Of a stretch of DNA of 32,000 nucleotides, positions 20,476 to 29,193 are shown piece after piece; position 1 is the first letter of the stretch; each line of letters starts with the position of its first letter. The DNA comes from Candidatus Iainarchaeum sp. (GTDB lineage: Archaea; Iainarchaeota; Iainarchaeia; Iainarchaeales; CSSED10-239), in contig JBBISB010000001.1 in NCBI GenBank assembly GCA_037441475.1, forward strand, positions 485,365 through 517,364. The letters are read 5' to 3'. The position numbers were made by a program, and so were the translations under genes. The notes under the pieces were generated by a model that saw only the letters and a program-made list of their open reading frames with translations, made no database searches and had not been told where the DNA came from.

Positions 20476-21750
20476 TTAAAATAGTTTCTTTTGAAGATCT
20501 TTTAGGTAAAGATTTTCATTAATTTCTTTTTCTTTATTTTCTTTTTCTTCTCCAGTGAAAAATATAAAAGGAGTTCCATAGTTTCCTCCTCCACCAGGAG
20601 AGAAGACAACTAAGTTTTGTCTAAAAGAAAGAATATACTTTGCAATATTTTCATCAATCTTTTTTAATTTTTCAAAAGATATTTTTTGCATAACTTCAAT
20701 CTCTGTATATTTTTCAATAAACCTATCGTATATCTCAATAACCTTTTTATGATTAATATCTTTCTGGTTTATAGCAATTTGAATAACCTGTGCAAGAGGC
20801 ATTAAATATTTATAATCTGGTCTTTTTGTTATTTGTTGTAAAGAAGAGTTTCCTTGAAGTAAAGCCATCTCTTGTGCTCTCTCCAAAACTCCTTTCTTAA
20901 TACTCTTTTTACATAAAGAACATTTCCATTTATTTAAAGTAGCTTGTTTTAAGGTATAATGTTTGTAGCATTTAGAGCAGGCTGTTAAACCATATTTTCC
21001 TTCCTTAGGATTATATCCAACATTATAAACCAGCTTTCCTTTTCTATCTTCTAAAAGATCTTTAAATGATTCTAAATTAGGTTTTTCCATTTCAAGGCAA
21101 ACATACTCTCTCCCTATCCTGTAACTTAAAGGAGAGTGTGAGTCTGAGAATGAAAAAAATTTAATGTTTTTTAATTCAGGTATAATATTTGCAGAAAAGG
21201 TATCTGCAGATAAACCAAGTTCAATAAATTTTATATACTCCCAGTTTTTACCATAGGCTTCTTTTAAAGTATCAAAGTGAGCAAAGATTCCAAAGTAAGG
21301 GGTAAAGACATGTGCTGGAGCAATAATTATTTCTAAGCTTTTACAGATATTTAAAAGATTTTCAGCAGTTGTTTTTAGTTTTGTTCTTCCACTTCCATAG
21401 ATAGACATATCTTGACAAAAAGGTTTTATTTCTTTTTCAAAGTCTTTTATTTGTTTAAAGTTTTTAAAATAAAGAAGATGATGCACTCTTTTTTCGGTTT
21501 CAACTTCTGTTCCTAAAATAAAATATATTTTTTTTCCATTAATCTCTTCTTTATACCTAAAACATCCATCTTCTTCAATTAAGTTTTCTTTAACATGTGC
21601 AAGCCAAACAGGATGAAGGATGTCTGCTGTTGTTAAAACATCTAGTCCTTTCTTTCTAGCTTCAGATGCTAAAAGAGGAATTGTTATGTTTTTTGAGCAT
21701 GCTGCTGCATATGGGGAATGATAATGAAGATCACAGTTAAATATTTTCAT
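20476..21750 (-). CDS. Endonuclease Q (PHP-like fold plus Zn finger; cleaves at deaminated bases)
   Basis: It recalls Pyrococcus EndoQ along the whole length: CDLHYHS, RVHHLL, PAHVFTP, ELGLSAD, SDSHSP, GKYGLTACSKCYKHYTL...WKCSLCKKSIKKGVLER and SPGGGGNYG. The ATG at 21750 is preferred over the listed TTG at 21768, which would overlap the upstream gene. Confidence 0.8.
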   Translation of the reverse strand: MKIFNCDLHYHSPYAAACSKNITIPLLASEARKKGLDVLTTADILHPVWLAHVKENLIEEDGCFRYKEEINGKKIYFILGTEVETEKRVHHLLYFKNFKQIKDFEKEIKPFCQDMSIYGSGRTKLKTTAENLLNICKSLEIIIAPAHVFTPYFGIFAHFDTLKEAYGKNWEYIKFIELGLSADTFSANIIPELKNIKFFSFSDSHSPLSYRIGREYVCLEMEKPNLESFKDLLEDRKGKLVYNVGYNPKEGKYGLTACSKCYKHYTLKQATLNKWKCSLCKKSIKKGVLERAQEMALLQGNSSLQQITKRPDYKYLMPLAQVIQIAINQKDINHKKVIEIYDRFIEKYTEIEVMQKISFEKLKKIDENIAKYILSFRQNLVVFSPGGGGNYGTPFIFFTGEEKENKEKEINENLYLKDLQKKLF

Positions 21751-21754
21751 AATT

Positions 21755-22045
21755 TCACACAACACCAAATACTTTTAAGATAAGCATAACTCCAAGACCA
21801 GCAGGCCCAAAGATAGCAGTAACTATTAAGGTTATTAGAAAAGGAAGTTTAATGTTTAAGACATAGTAAAAGAAAAGTAAACCCACAACCCCCACCACAC
21901 TATTAACAATTACATTTTTTAAAACTTTTATAAAAATAATAGTAAGAATGATTAAACCTAGGGCATACACAAGGTATATAGGGTTAAAAACAAATGTCTT
22001 TGTTGTCTCTGTTGCAGTTTCTGTTGCTAAAAATAATAAATCCAT
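21755..22045 (-). CDS. Small membrane protein, BofA-like
   Basis: Three TM helices. The C-terminal half (VLKNVIVNSVVGVVGLL...TAIFGPAGLGVMLILKVF) resembles the BofA family pattern (..TAI.GilGiPG......K.F). Its stop lies 4 nt from the EndoQ ATG. Confidence 0.5.
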   Translation of the reverse strand: MDLLFLATETATETTKTFVFNPIYLVYALGLIILTIIFIKVLKNVIVNSVVGVVGLLFFYYVLNIKLPFLITLIVTAIFGPAGLGVMLILKVFGVV

Positions 22046-22247
22046 GTTTGTTCACCTTATATATCTATTAATAGGTATTTATTAAATATCTTGTGTTTTT
22101 ATAATAATAATTCTCTTTATAAGTATTTTGTATTTTATAATATATATGAGTAAAGTAACTATTCTTTAAATAAAACAAATATTTATTAATTTTAAAAAAA
22201 TCTAATGTAAATTTAAAAAATAAAAAATTATAAAAAAATGATTAAAT

Positions 22248-22913
22248 ATGCAAGAAAATACCTCTTTTGACGAACAAGAAATAAAAAAACAATATGATTT
22301 AAAAAATCTAAGAGACTTAATAGCTAAATCTCTATCTAAGGGTTCAAAAACAGATGATGATTTAAAAAAAGAATTTCCTGAAGCTAAATATGAAGAAATC
22401 TTAGCTGTTTTAAAAAACATGCTTTCTTTAAAATTAATTAAAAAAGATGGTTTTCCTGTTAAATACTCTCTTTCAGATGAAATTTCTAAAACCTTAGAAC
22501 AAAGAAAAGAACTTTCAAATACTGATAGAAACCCTATAAAGGTATCCATAATAATTGAATCTAAGTCTGATAATAAAACAGTTTTAAGAGAGGCTATGGA
22601 AAAAATACTTTCTTCTCTTAAAGAGGATAAAGAGTATTTTGTTTATGATTCTTCTTTAGCAGAAATAATTGTTCATGATGATCTTTTTTCAACATACATA
22701 TCAGCTGAGGTTTCATGTAAAGATCTTTTTAATCTTTTCCGGCTTATTTACTACTATGGAGTAACCTCTATAGATGTTTTAAAACCTGAAAAATTAAATG
22801 TAGGTATTTCAGATCTTCAAAACTCTCTTCAAACAATAGTTGACATGGTTCATGGTTATGCTGGAATGATTTATGAGTTGAAACAAAAGAATGACCTTTT
22901 ATCTAAAAAGTGA
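22248..22913 (+). CDS. Hypothetical cytoplasmic protein, possible N-terminal winged-helix
   Basis: An intact 221-aa ORF with an AT-rich divergent promoter region upstream. The N-terminal 80 aa are helix-rich (LIAKSLSKGSKTDDDLKKEF...VLKNMLSLKLIKKDGFPVKYSL). No family was recognised. Confidence 0.5.
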   Translation: MQENTSFDEQEIKKQYDLKNLRDLIAKSLSKGSKTDDDLKKEFPEAKYEEILAVLKNMLSLKLIKKDGFPVKYSLSDEISKTLEQRKELSNTDRNPIKVSIIIESKSDNKTVLREAMEKILSSLKEDKEYFVYDSSLAEIIVHDDLFSTYISAEVSCKDLFNLFRLIYYYGVTSIDVLKPEKLNVGISDLQNSLQTIVDMVHGYAGMIYELKQKNDLLSKK

Positions 22914-23103
22914 TTTTAAGTAATTATAAAGGTAGTTTGTATTCTAAATGAACAAAGGTTTGCATTAGCAATGACACCCTTTATAAACTATTTTTATAAG
23001 ATGTGTTTTATTATAAATAATCTATTTTATAAGTCGCACTAATTTATAAAAAATAAAAATGCTTTTATTTTGATTGCATCTTTATTTTTTAAAAGGCAGA
23101 TAT

Positions 23104-23772
23104 TTATAGTTGTTTATCAATTGTTGCTTTAAAGACTTGGTAACTTTGAGCACCTGATATCTTTTGATTACCAACAATAAAGCCTGGTGTTCCTGTAATC
23201 CCGTTTGCTATAGCTTCTTGTTTTTGATTTTCAATCTTTGTTAAAAATTTATTTTCTGCTAAACATTTTTCAAAGGAAGAAACATCTAAACCAATTTCTT
23301 GTGCATACTTTGTAAATTATTCTTTAGCAAGGTTTGCTTGATTTTCATAAAGTTTTTTCTTATATTCAAAGAACTTATTTTGTTCTCCAGCACATTCAAC
23401 TGCATTTGCTGCTTTGATGTCTGTATTGTTTCTTGTAAAGTGTTTGTAGATGTATTTTACTTTTCCTGTCTCTATATAGTCAGTTTTTATATTTTCAAAA
23501 GTCGTATCATCTATTTGATATCTTTTACAGAAATGACATGTAAAGGATGAGTATTCAGTAATTGTTAATGGTGCATCTTTATTTCCTAAGAAATAAATAT
23601 TGTTTTCAGCATCTATTTTTTCTTTTAAATTTGTTTTTTCTTCAGTTTTACTTCCTGTAACATTTAATATTAATAATAATATTAAAATAGCAAGTATTGC
23701 TCCTAAAAGAATTTGTATGTATATTAGTTTATTATCTTTTTTATGTGTTGTTTGGTTTTTTGTTTTTTTCAT
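23104..23772 (-). pseudogene. Membrane-anchored DsbA-family thiol:disulfide oxidoreductase with an in-frame TAA (complement of 23317-23319)
   Basis: The listed 151-aa ORF has a TM anchor and the active site FTCHFC (CxxC). The same frame continues after the TAA for 70 codons: FTKYAQEIGLDVSSFEKCLAENKF...ANGITGTPGFIVGNQKISGAQSYQVFKATIDKQL*. That tail includes the cis-Pro loop (TGTP) typical of DsbA. 23317-23104 = 213, which is divisible by 3. Confidence 0.8.
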
Positions 23773-24098
23773 AAGTAATTACCTTTTTTTATTTTTTTAA
23801 AAAATTTGTTAAAAAATATGAAAAGTTCTAAAAGTAATTTATAAGGTGATATCTTATATTTTCCTTTTTTTTAAAGTAATTTTTTCATATTTCTTAATTG
23901 AGGCTAGGTTTTTTTCTTTTTTTTTAAAAAGTTTTTTTTGTTAAAAAATGAATAACAACCTTCTAATTATATTTGTAAGGTAAATATTTTTAAATACATA
24001 TTAATCTACTTTAATTTAACTTAACCGTAGTTTTTTTGCAATAGTTTATAAATGTTTTTATATAATAATCTATTATAATATATAGAAGGTGAGATGTT

Positions 24099-25259
24099 TT
24101 GGAAAAAAGATATAAGGCGCAAGTTTCTGTTGAAATGCTTGCTATTGTTGGTGTGGTTATCTTAGGAGCTCTTGTTTTTGCTTCATATTATTTATCAAGT
24201 GTTAATAGAAATATTGATACTTTAGAGGGTCTTGATCCTGATTTTTCTAAACTTCTTCCAAATGATCCTTCTGGTACCTTTCCAGGTCTTCCTGGTTTTC
24301 CTGGTGGGGGAGGTCCAAATCCTTTATTATGTGGTAACAATGTAATTAATACTGGTGAGCAGTGTGATGGAATAAATTTAAACGGACAAACCTGTATTGG
24401 TTTAGGTTTTGGTGCTGGTTCTTTAACTTGTAATCTTAATTGTACTTTTAATGCTAGTGGCTGTTCTGGTTATTCTGCTGCTTGTGGAAATAATATTTTA
24501 GAAGAATTTGAAGAATGTGAGATGAATAATGAAACAGACCCATCATCTCCAATGTATAGTGGAAATCCTTCTTGTACTGCATATTGTATTGATAATGAGT
24601 TAGGAATGACTGGTTCAGGAAATATTTCTTGTAACAGTAATAGTTGTTCTGTAGATTATTCTGCATGTGTTTGTAGTAACACTTATTTTAAGCCATTTCT
24701 TTTAATATTATCTGAAGATAGTGGTAGTGCAAATCAAAATATTGGTTTTCCAACAAACCTTTCAGTAGATTTTGATTCAACTGGTGCTGGTACTAAATCT
24801 TTGTGGGTTGATGTAAATGTAACTGTTAAAATATCTGGTTTTTATTCAGACAAATGTAAATACGATAATACACCAATACCTGCCACTCAAAACGGTTTAT
24901 TTATTAAAAAATTCCTTTCAGCTGAATCTAATGTAAATTATATAAAAGATATAAGTTGTTCAGCAGACGGAGTTTATATTTTTATTTTCAAAGGTGTGGA
25001 TAACTTAAATAATATTTCTGATGATGATTTATTCGAATTCACAGTACCTCTTCAAGATTCTTTATTTTTTTGTGATGCAGTCACAACAACAGATGGCTCA
25101 CTTGATGTTTGTATAAATAGATATGAAGGAGGAGCAACAGCTGCTTCTGGAGAAGTTGCATTCTTCATAAATCAACCAGATGTCTCTGAATTTACTGGAG
25201 AATCATGTATTACTACAAATGGTTTAGGTGAAGTTTGTTTTTCATTAGGTTTTAATTAA
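24099..25259 (+). CDS. Class III signal-peptide (pilin-like) protein with Cys-rich repeats (Myxococcus cysteine-rich repeat/DUF4215-like)
   Basis: A TTG start lies 7 nt after the aaggtgag SD; no in-frame ATG would retain the leader. MEKRYKA|QVSVEMLAIVGVVILGALVFA is followed by a Gly/Pro linker. Two CGNN(V/I)...GE(Q/E)C...C...C repeats follow. The protein has 20 Cys in total. Confidence 0.7.
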   Translation: MEKRYKAQVSVEMLAIVGVVILGALVFASYYLSSVNRNIDTLEGLDPDFSKLLPNDPSGTFPGLPGFPGGGGPNPLLCGNNVINTGEQCDGINLNGQTCIGLGFGAGSLTCNLNCTFNASGCSGYSAACGNNILEEFEECEMNNETDPSSPMYSGNPSCTAYCIDNELGMTGSGNISCNSNSCSVDYSACVCSNTYFKPFLLILSEDSGSANQNIGFPTNLSVDFDSTGAGTKSLWVDVNVTVKISGFYSDKCKYDNTPIPATQNGLFIKKFLSAESNVNYIKDISCSADGVYIFIFKGVDNLNNISDDDLFEFTVPLQDSLFFCDAVTTTDGSLDVCINRYEGGATAASGEVAFFINQPDVSEFTGESCITTNGLGEVCFSLGFN

Positions 25260-25331
25260 AAACCTAAAAACACTTCTTTTTTTATTTCTTAATTAGTTAA
25301 CTTTTTAAATAAGTAGGTATATAATATATAT

Positions 25332-27731
25332 ATGAAAAAAAGAATATTTTTAATAATATTAATAATTTTCTTAACTTTTTTATTACTTCCTTTGATATAT
25401 TCAAAGGCAGCACCAATAGATAACATTCCTATTATTTCTCCAATAAATAAAGCAAAACCACCTGTTTTTGAAGTAATGCCACCGATAGTGGATGAAGTTT
25501 GTTTTGGTTATGTTTGTCTTCCACCAGGAGAAACTCCTATTTCTTTAGGTTTAAATAGTTTGTCTGAAAAATCAACAAGGACTTTAGAAACAACCACTGT
25601 TTCTAACAAAGTGAACACTGCTCCAACTACAGGCACCTATAACATACCTGTTCTTTTAGTTAAGTTTCCTAATCTTTCTGCTCCTTCAAACTATAATGTT
25701 TCAATGTATAATGATGTTTTTAATTCAAGTAATTATTTATCAGGAAACGGTATAAGTGTAAAAGAATATTTTAAAAAAAGCTCTTACAATCAATTAAACA
25801 TCACATATGATGTTTATGATTGGAGAACAATGCCTAACAATTATAGTTTTTATTATACAAACAATAATGTGCATCAACTTGTTGTTGATGCAATGAATAC
25901 TTTTGGAACAGGTTCAAATGCTATTGACTTTACTCAATATGATTCTGATAACGATGGAAGGATAGATGGTGTTATTCTTGTTCATGCTGGATTTCCTGGA
26001 CAAGAACAAAGTGGAAATATTTTATCTCAAGCAAGACTTTATAGAGGAACTACAATTTATAGTATTCAAGGTAAGTTGTATGGTAATGTTGCTGTAATTC
26101 CTTCAAGACACACTGCTTTTGCTTGTAATTCCTGGAAACAGACTTTCAACTACCCAACAGATTGTAGAACCTCGATAGATGTTGCTGTTCACGAGTATTC
26201 TCATGTTCTTGGTCTTCCAGACTTTTATGCTATTACTTATTCTGGCCAACAAGCCGGAACTGGTCTTGGTGGGCATACTATTATGAATATGAATAGTAAT
26301 GCTATTCAAGATGTAAAAAAACCAGTTAACTTCGATTCTTGGTCAAAGTTTTTCTTTGGTTGGCTTACCCCAACTGTAATAAATAGTGCTTCTCAAGCAA
26401 ACATTTATTCTTTAACCTCCTATGATACAACAAATAGTGCTTTTATTTTACATAACCCAAACACCATGGGTGCTAAAGAATTTTTTATAATAACAAACAG
26501 ATATATTTCAACAACTTCTTTGGATAGATATCTTTTTGGTACGATACCTCCTCTATTTAATATTAATGGAGGTATAGACATTCTTCACATTGATGAAAAC
26601 TATATTGATTACACTTACTCTGGTCCTCTTGCTTTCAACAGTATAATGTTTGATCCTGATGGGGATTACTATGATGATAATGTAAGTCATCCTGGTATTG
26701 TCTTTGAACAAAATATTTTAGAACCCGTATTTCCACCTGGTAGAAGTGCAGCAGATTTATATACTACTGAATTACCTCAACCAGGGGTTTGTAGTTTATA
26801 TGTATTTGAAGGTAAGTTTGATAATATTGCAAGACACAGTATGCCTTCAAGTTGTCCTGTTTATAGAGACACAACCTCCAGAAGTTATTTAACCCTTCAA
26901 GATAGCGGTATAAGAGTATATGGTTGGTCTGTTGGTGGACAAACCATGCAAGCCTACTTAACAGTAGATGAACCACTACCCTTAATTAGCCAAATACTTT
27001 CTCCTTCTAATGGTTCTAGTTTTGGTCTTCAAGATAATATTGATTTTCAAGGTAGTTATCAAAACAATATTGGTAACACCTATTGTTTATGGCAATATAG
27101 AAAACTAGGCACAAGTAACTTTGTTTCTTTCTCAAATCAATGTCAAACCACAAAAACCCCTTCTCAATTAAATTTAAGTGAAGGAAGTTACAGCATAAGA
27201 TTTAGAGTTACTGATGAATTTAATAGACAACATACTTCCACAATATTAATAACTATAGTAACATCTACCACTTTATATAATGTAATAACCTCCCCTATTG
27301 AAAATAAAAGTTATCCTTTTAAAGAACCAGTTACTTTCAATGCAAGTTACTATAATAACCAAGGAGATGTAACTTGTGAGTGGAAATATAATAATTTAAT
27401 TATTTCAAATGAATGTAATTTTACAGACACCCCTTTTAACTTAGGTATTGCATCTCCTCCATACAACAGTATGGTGGTAATAAACAGTTCTCTTCCTTCC
27501 TTTACTATTTTAAACAAAACTTTACAAACCAGTCCTTTGTTTAAAGAACCTTTAAAAGTAACTGCCCCAACTATCAAATCTCCAAGCTATTTAGGTAACT
27601 TCCCTGCAGGCTTTACAAGAACAATTACTTTAACTACAACAGATGCAAGTAATGCTTCTTTTGTATCTTCAGTAGATATGAAGCTCTGTTTATGCCTTCT
27701 TGCAAACAATAACCAGGCTGCTGTAAGGTAG
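25332..27731 (+). CDS. Secreted M6-family (immune inhibitor A-like) zinc metalloprotease with two C-terminal Ig-like modules
   Basis: Signal peptide MKKRIFLIILIIFLTFLLLPLIYSKA. The zinc site HEYSHVLGLPDFY matches the M6 HExxHxxGxPDxY signature. There are two similar beta modules of about 100 aa (SPSNGSSF...CLWQY...; SPIENKSYPF...CEWKY...). The last 15 or so codons lie inside the direct repeat flanking hicBA. Confidence 0.8.
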   Translation: MKKRIFLIILIIFLTFLLLPLIYSKAAPIDNIPIISPINKAKPPVFEVMPPIVDEVCFGYVCLPPGETPISLGLNSLSEKSTRTLETTTVSNKVNTAPTTGTYNIPVLLVKFPNLSAPSNYNVSMYNDVFNSSNYLSGNGISVKEYFKKSSYNQLNITYDVYDWRTMPNNYSFYYTNNNVHQLVVDAMNTFGTGSNAIDFTQYDSDNDGRIDGVILVHAGFPGQEQSGNILSQARLYRGTTIYSIQGKLYGNVAVIPSRHTAFACNSWKQTFNYPTDCRTSIDVAVHEYSHVLGLPDFYAITYSGQQAGTGLGGHTIMNMNSNAIQDVKKPVNFDSWSKFFFGWLTPTVINSASQANIYSLTSYDTTNSAFILHNPNTMGAKEFFIITNRYISTTSLDRYLFGTIPPLFNINGGIDILHIDENYIDYTYSGPLAFNSIMFDPDGDYYDDNVSHPGIVFEQNILEPVFPPGRSAADLYTTELPQPGVCSLYVFEGKFDNIARHSMPSSCPVYRDTTSRSYLTLQDSGIRVYGWSVGGQTMQAYLTVDEPLPLISQILSPSNGSSFGLQDNIDFQGSYQNNIGNTYCLWQYRKLGTSNFVSFSNQCQTTKTPSQLNLSEGSYSIRFRVTDEFNRQHTSTILITIVTSTTLYNVITSPIENKSYPFKEPVTFNASYYNNQGDVTCEWKYNNLIISNECNFTDTPFNLGIASPPYNSMVVINSSLPSFTILNKTLQTSPLFKEPLKVTAPTIKSPSYLGNFPAGFTRTITLTTTDASNASFVSSVDMKLCLCLLANNNQAAVR

Positions 27732-27751
27732 AAAAACAAAGCTTTAAAATT
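27685..27751. repeat. Direct repeat copy 1 flanking the hicBA cassette (covers the protease stop codon)
   Basis: Core 27689-27719 tttatgccttcttgcaaacaataaccaggct matches 28255-28285 at 30 of 31 positions. A second block, 27731-27751 gaaaaacaaagctttaaaatt, matches 28296-28317 with 1 indel and 1 mismatch. Confidence 0.85.
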
Positions 27752-27783
27752 TGTTTATATCTATAATATATTAGGTGATATAA

Positions 27784-28008
27784 ATGTTAAATCAATCTTT
27801 TGATATTGTTATTGAAGAAGATAAAAAAACTAAACAATTTTATGGTTCAGTTCCTAATCTTCCTGGTTGTTATTCTACAGGTAATTCTGTTGAAGAATTA
27901 ATTACAAATATGAAAGAAGCAATTTCTTTATACTTAGAAGTTAAAAAAGAAAATAAATCGAAAGTATTAGCTAGCAATGTTTTAGGTATGGTAAGGGTAA
28001 CATTATGA
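27784..28008 (+). CDS. hicB: HicB-family antitoxin (UPF0150-type, no DNA-binding extension)
   Basis: FYGSVPNLPGCYSTGNSVEELITNMKEAISLYLE matches the HicB N-terminal domain pattern. ATGA overlap with the downstream hicA. Confidence 0.8.
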   Translation: MLNQSFDIVIEEDKKTKQFYGSVPNLPGCYSTGNSVEELITNMKEAISLYLEVKKENKSKVLASNVLGMVRVTL

Positions 28009-28232
28009 GTGAGCTTCCTGTTGTGTCTTCTTTAAAATTAGTAAAGGTAGTTATCATGTTAGGTTTTAAAGAACTAAGACAGAAAGGATCTCATAAAATA
28101 TTTTCTCATTCTGATGGTAGATTTTTAGTAATTCCTATTCATTCAAATAAACCAATTCCTGCTGGTCTTTTAAATAAAATTATAAAACAAGATTTAAGGC
28201 TTACAAGAGATGAGTTTTTAAAACTTTTATAA
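28005..28232 (+). CDS. hicA: HicA-family mRNA interferase toxin
   Basis: LGFKELRQKGSHKIFSHSDGRFLVIPIHSNKPIPAGLLNKIIKQ matches the HicA/YcfA pattern (GF...GSH...P.H....i..g.l..Il.q). Confidence 0.8.
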   Translation: MSELPVVSSLKLVKVVIMLGFKELRQKGSHKIFSHSDGRFLVIPIHSNKPIPAGLLNKIIKQDLRLTRDEFLKLL

Positions 28233-28250
28233 GTTGTATAGCTATTAAGA

Positions 28251-28317
28251 TCTATTTATGCCTTCTTGTAAACAATAACCAGGCTCTTTTTTATTGAAAA
28301 ACCAAAACTTTAAAATT
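28251..28317. repeat. Direct repeat copy 2 flanking the hicBA cassette
   Basis: See copy 1. In this copy the core is followed by ctcttttttatt (oligo-T). The gcct...aggc pair could form a weak hairpin, so the arrangement looks terminator-like. Confidence 0.85.
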
Positions 28318-29193
28318 ATTTTTAAAAATAGTTATTAGAGGTTATCGATTATAATCGTCAGAAACAACCACTCTTGACGATTTAAATACCCTTAATTAAA
28401 ATTCATTTTTTCTTCTATCTAATATTTTCTTATAATTTAAGAAAAAACATTAATATATTGTTTTTTAACTCTTCTAACTAACCTTTGTGCTAATAGGCTT
28501 GCATTACTCAAAAGATTTAAAAAGGTCATGAGTAATACTTGTTGTTGAGTAATACAAGTTATAGATATTTATATAATTGGCTAAATATATCTTTTATAAC
28601 TCTAAATAACCCCTTTTTGTTTCTTTAAGGTAAAGTAGAGAAATATTACTTAAAAGTAAGGGTAAATTAAAGAAAAAACACTCTCTTTATATATTTCTAT
28701 ATAATATATTATATATAGAGTAATTAAAGATAGGTTATACAAGAGGTTTATACCCTTAATTGCTTTAAAGACCTTTTTTTAAAAACATATATGTAAATGA
28801 GAGAACATAATATCTGATATAGGAATATTTACTTTAAGAGATGTATAATATGTTAAGCTTTTCTTTTAAACTGACCTTTAATAAGGATAAGAAGAAGGCT
28901 ACTTTTACTTCTTTAAAGTGAACAGTTATTTTTTAAGAATATTCCTTTAAAAAGGTATCGTTTGCTTTCAAAAAAAGAAAGGTTTTTAAACAAAACTGCT
29001 CTTTAATTATCTTATACAAGGCATCAGTATCTATACCTTTCTTTTTAGGGTATTGTTTACTTGAGTGCTTTATGCAAGACGAATCTGTTTTAGATCTTTT
29101 AACATTGTTTTTTTGTTAAAGACAAGAAATAACAAACCATGCAGGTTCAATCTTTGTTTTAGTATAAAAAAACAAAAAAAAGGTGAATAAAAA

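Noticed and set aside
27685-28317. Integron attC sites flanking the hicBA cassette
   Set aside because: I could not find the R''/L''-L'/R' inverted-repeat organisation or a GTTRRRY/RYYYAAC pair in either copy. The two copies are direct duplicates of the protease 3' end, and no intI-like integrase is in the window. This is worth a formal attC HMM/CM scan but is not supported by eye.
29135-29160. tRNA-like T-arm (gcaggttcaatct) upstream of the S-layer gene; general search for tRNA/rRNA genes
   Set aside because: The stem cannot be closed because no complementary cctgc follows. There is no acceptor or anticodon arm, and no GC-rich island occurs anywhere in the window. No RNA gene is supported.
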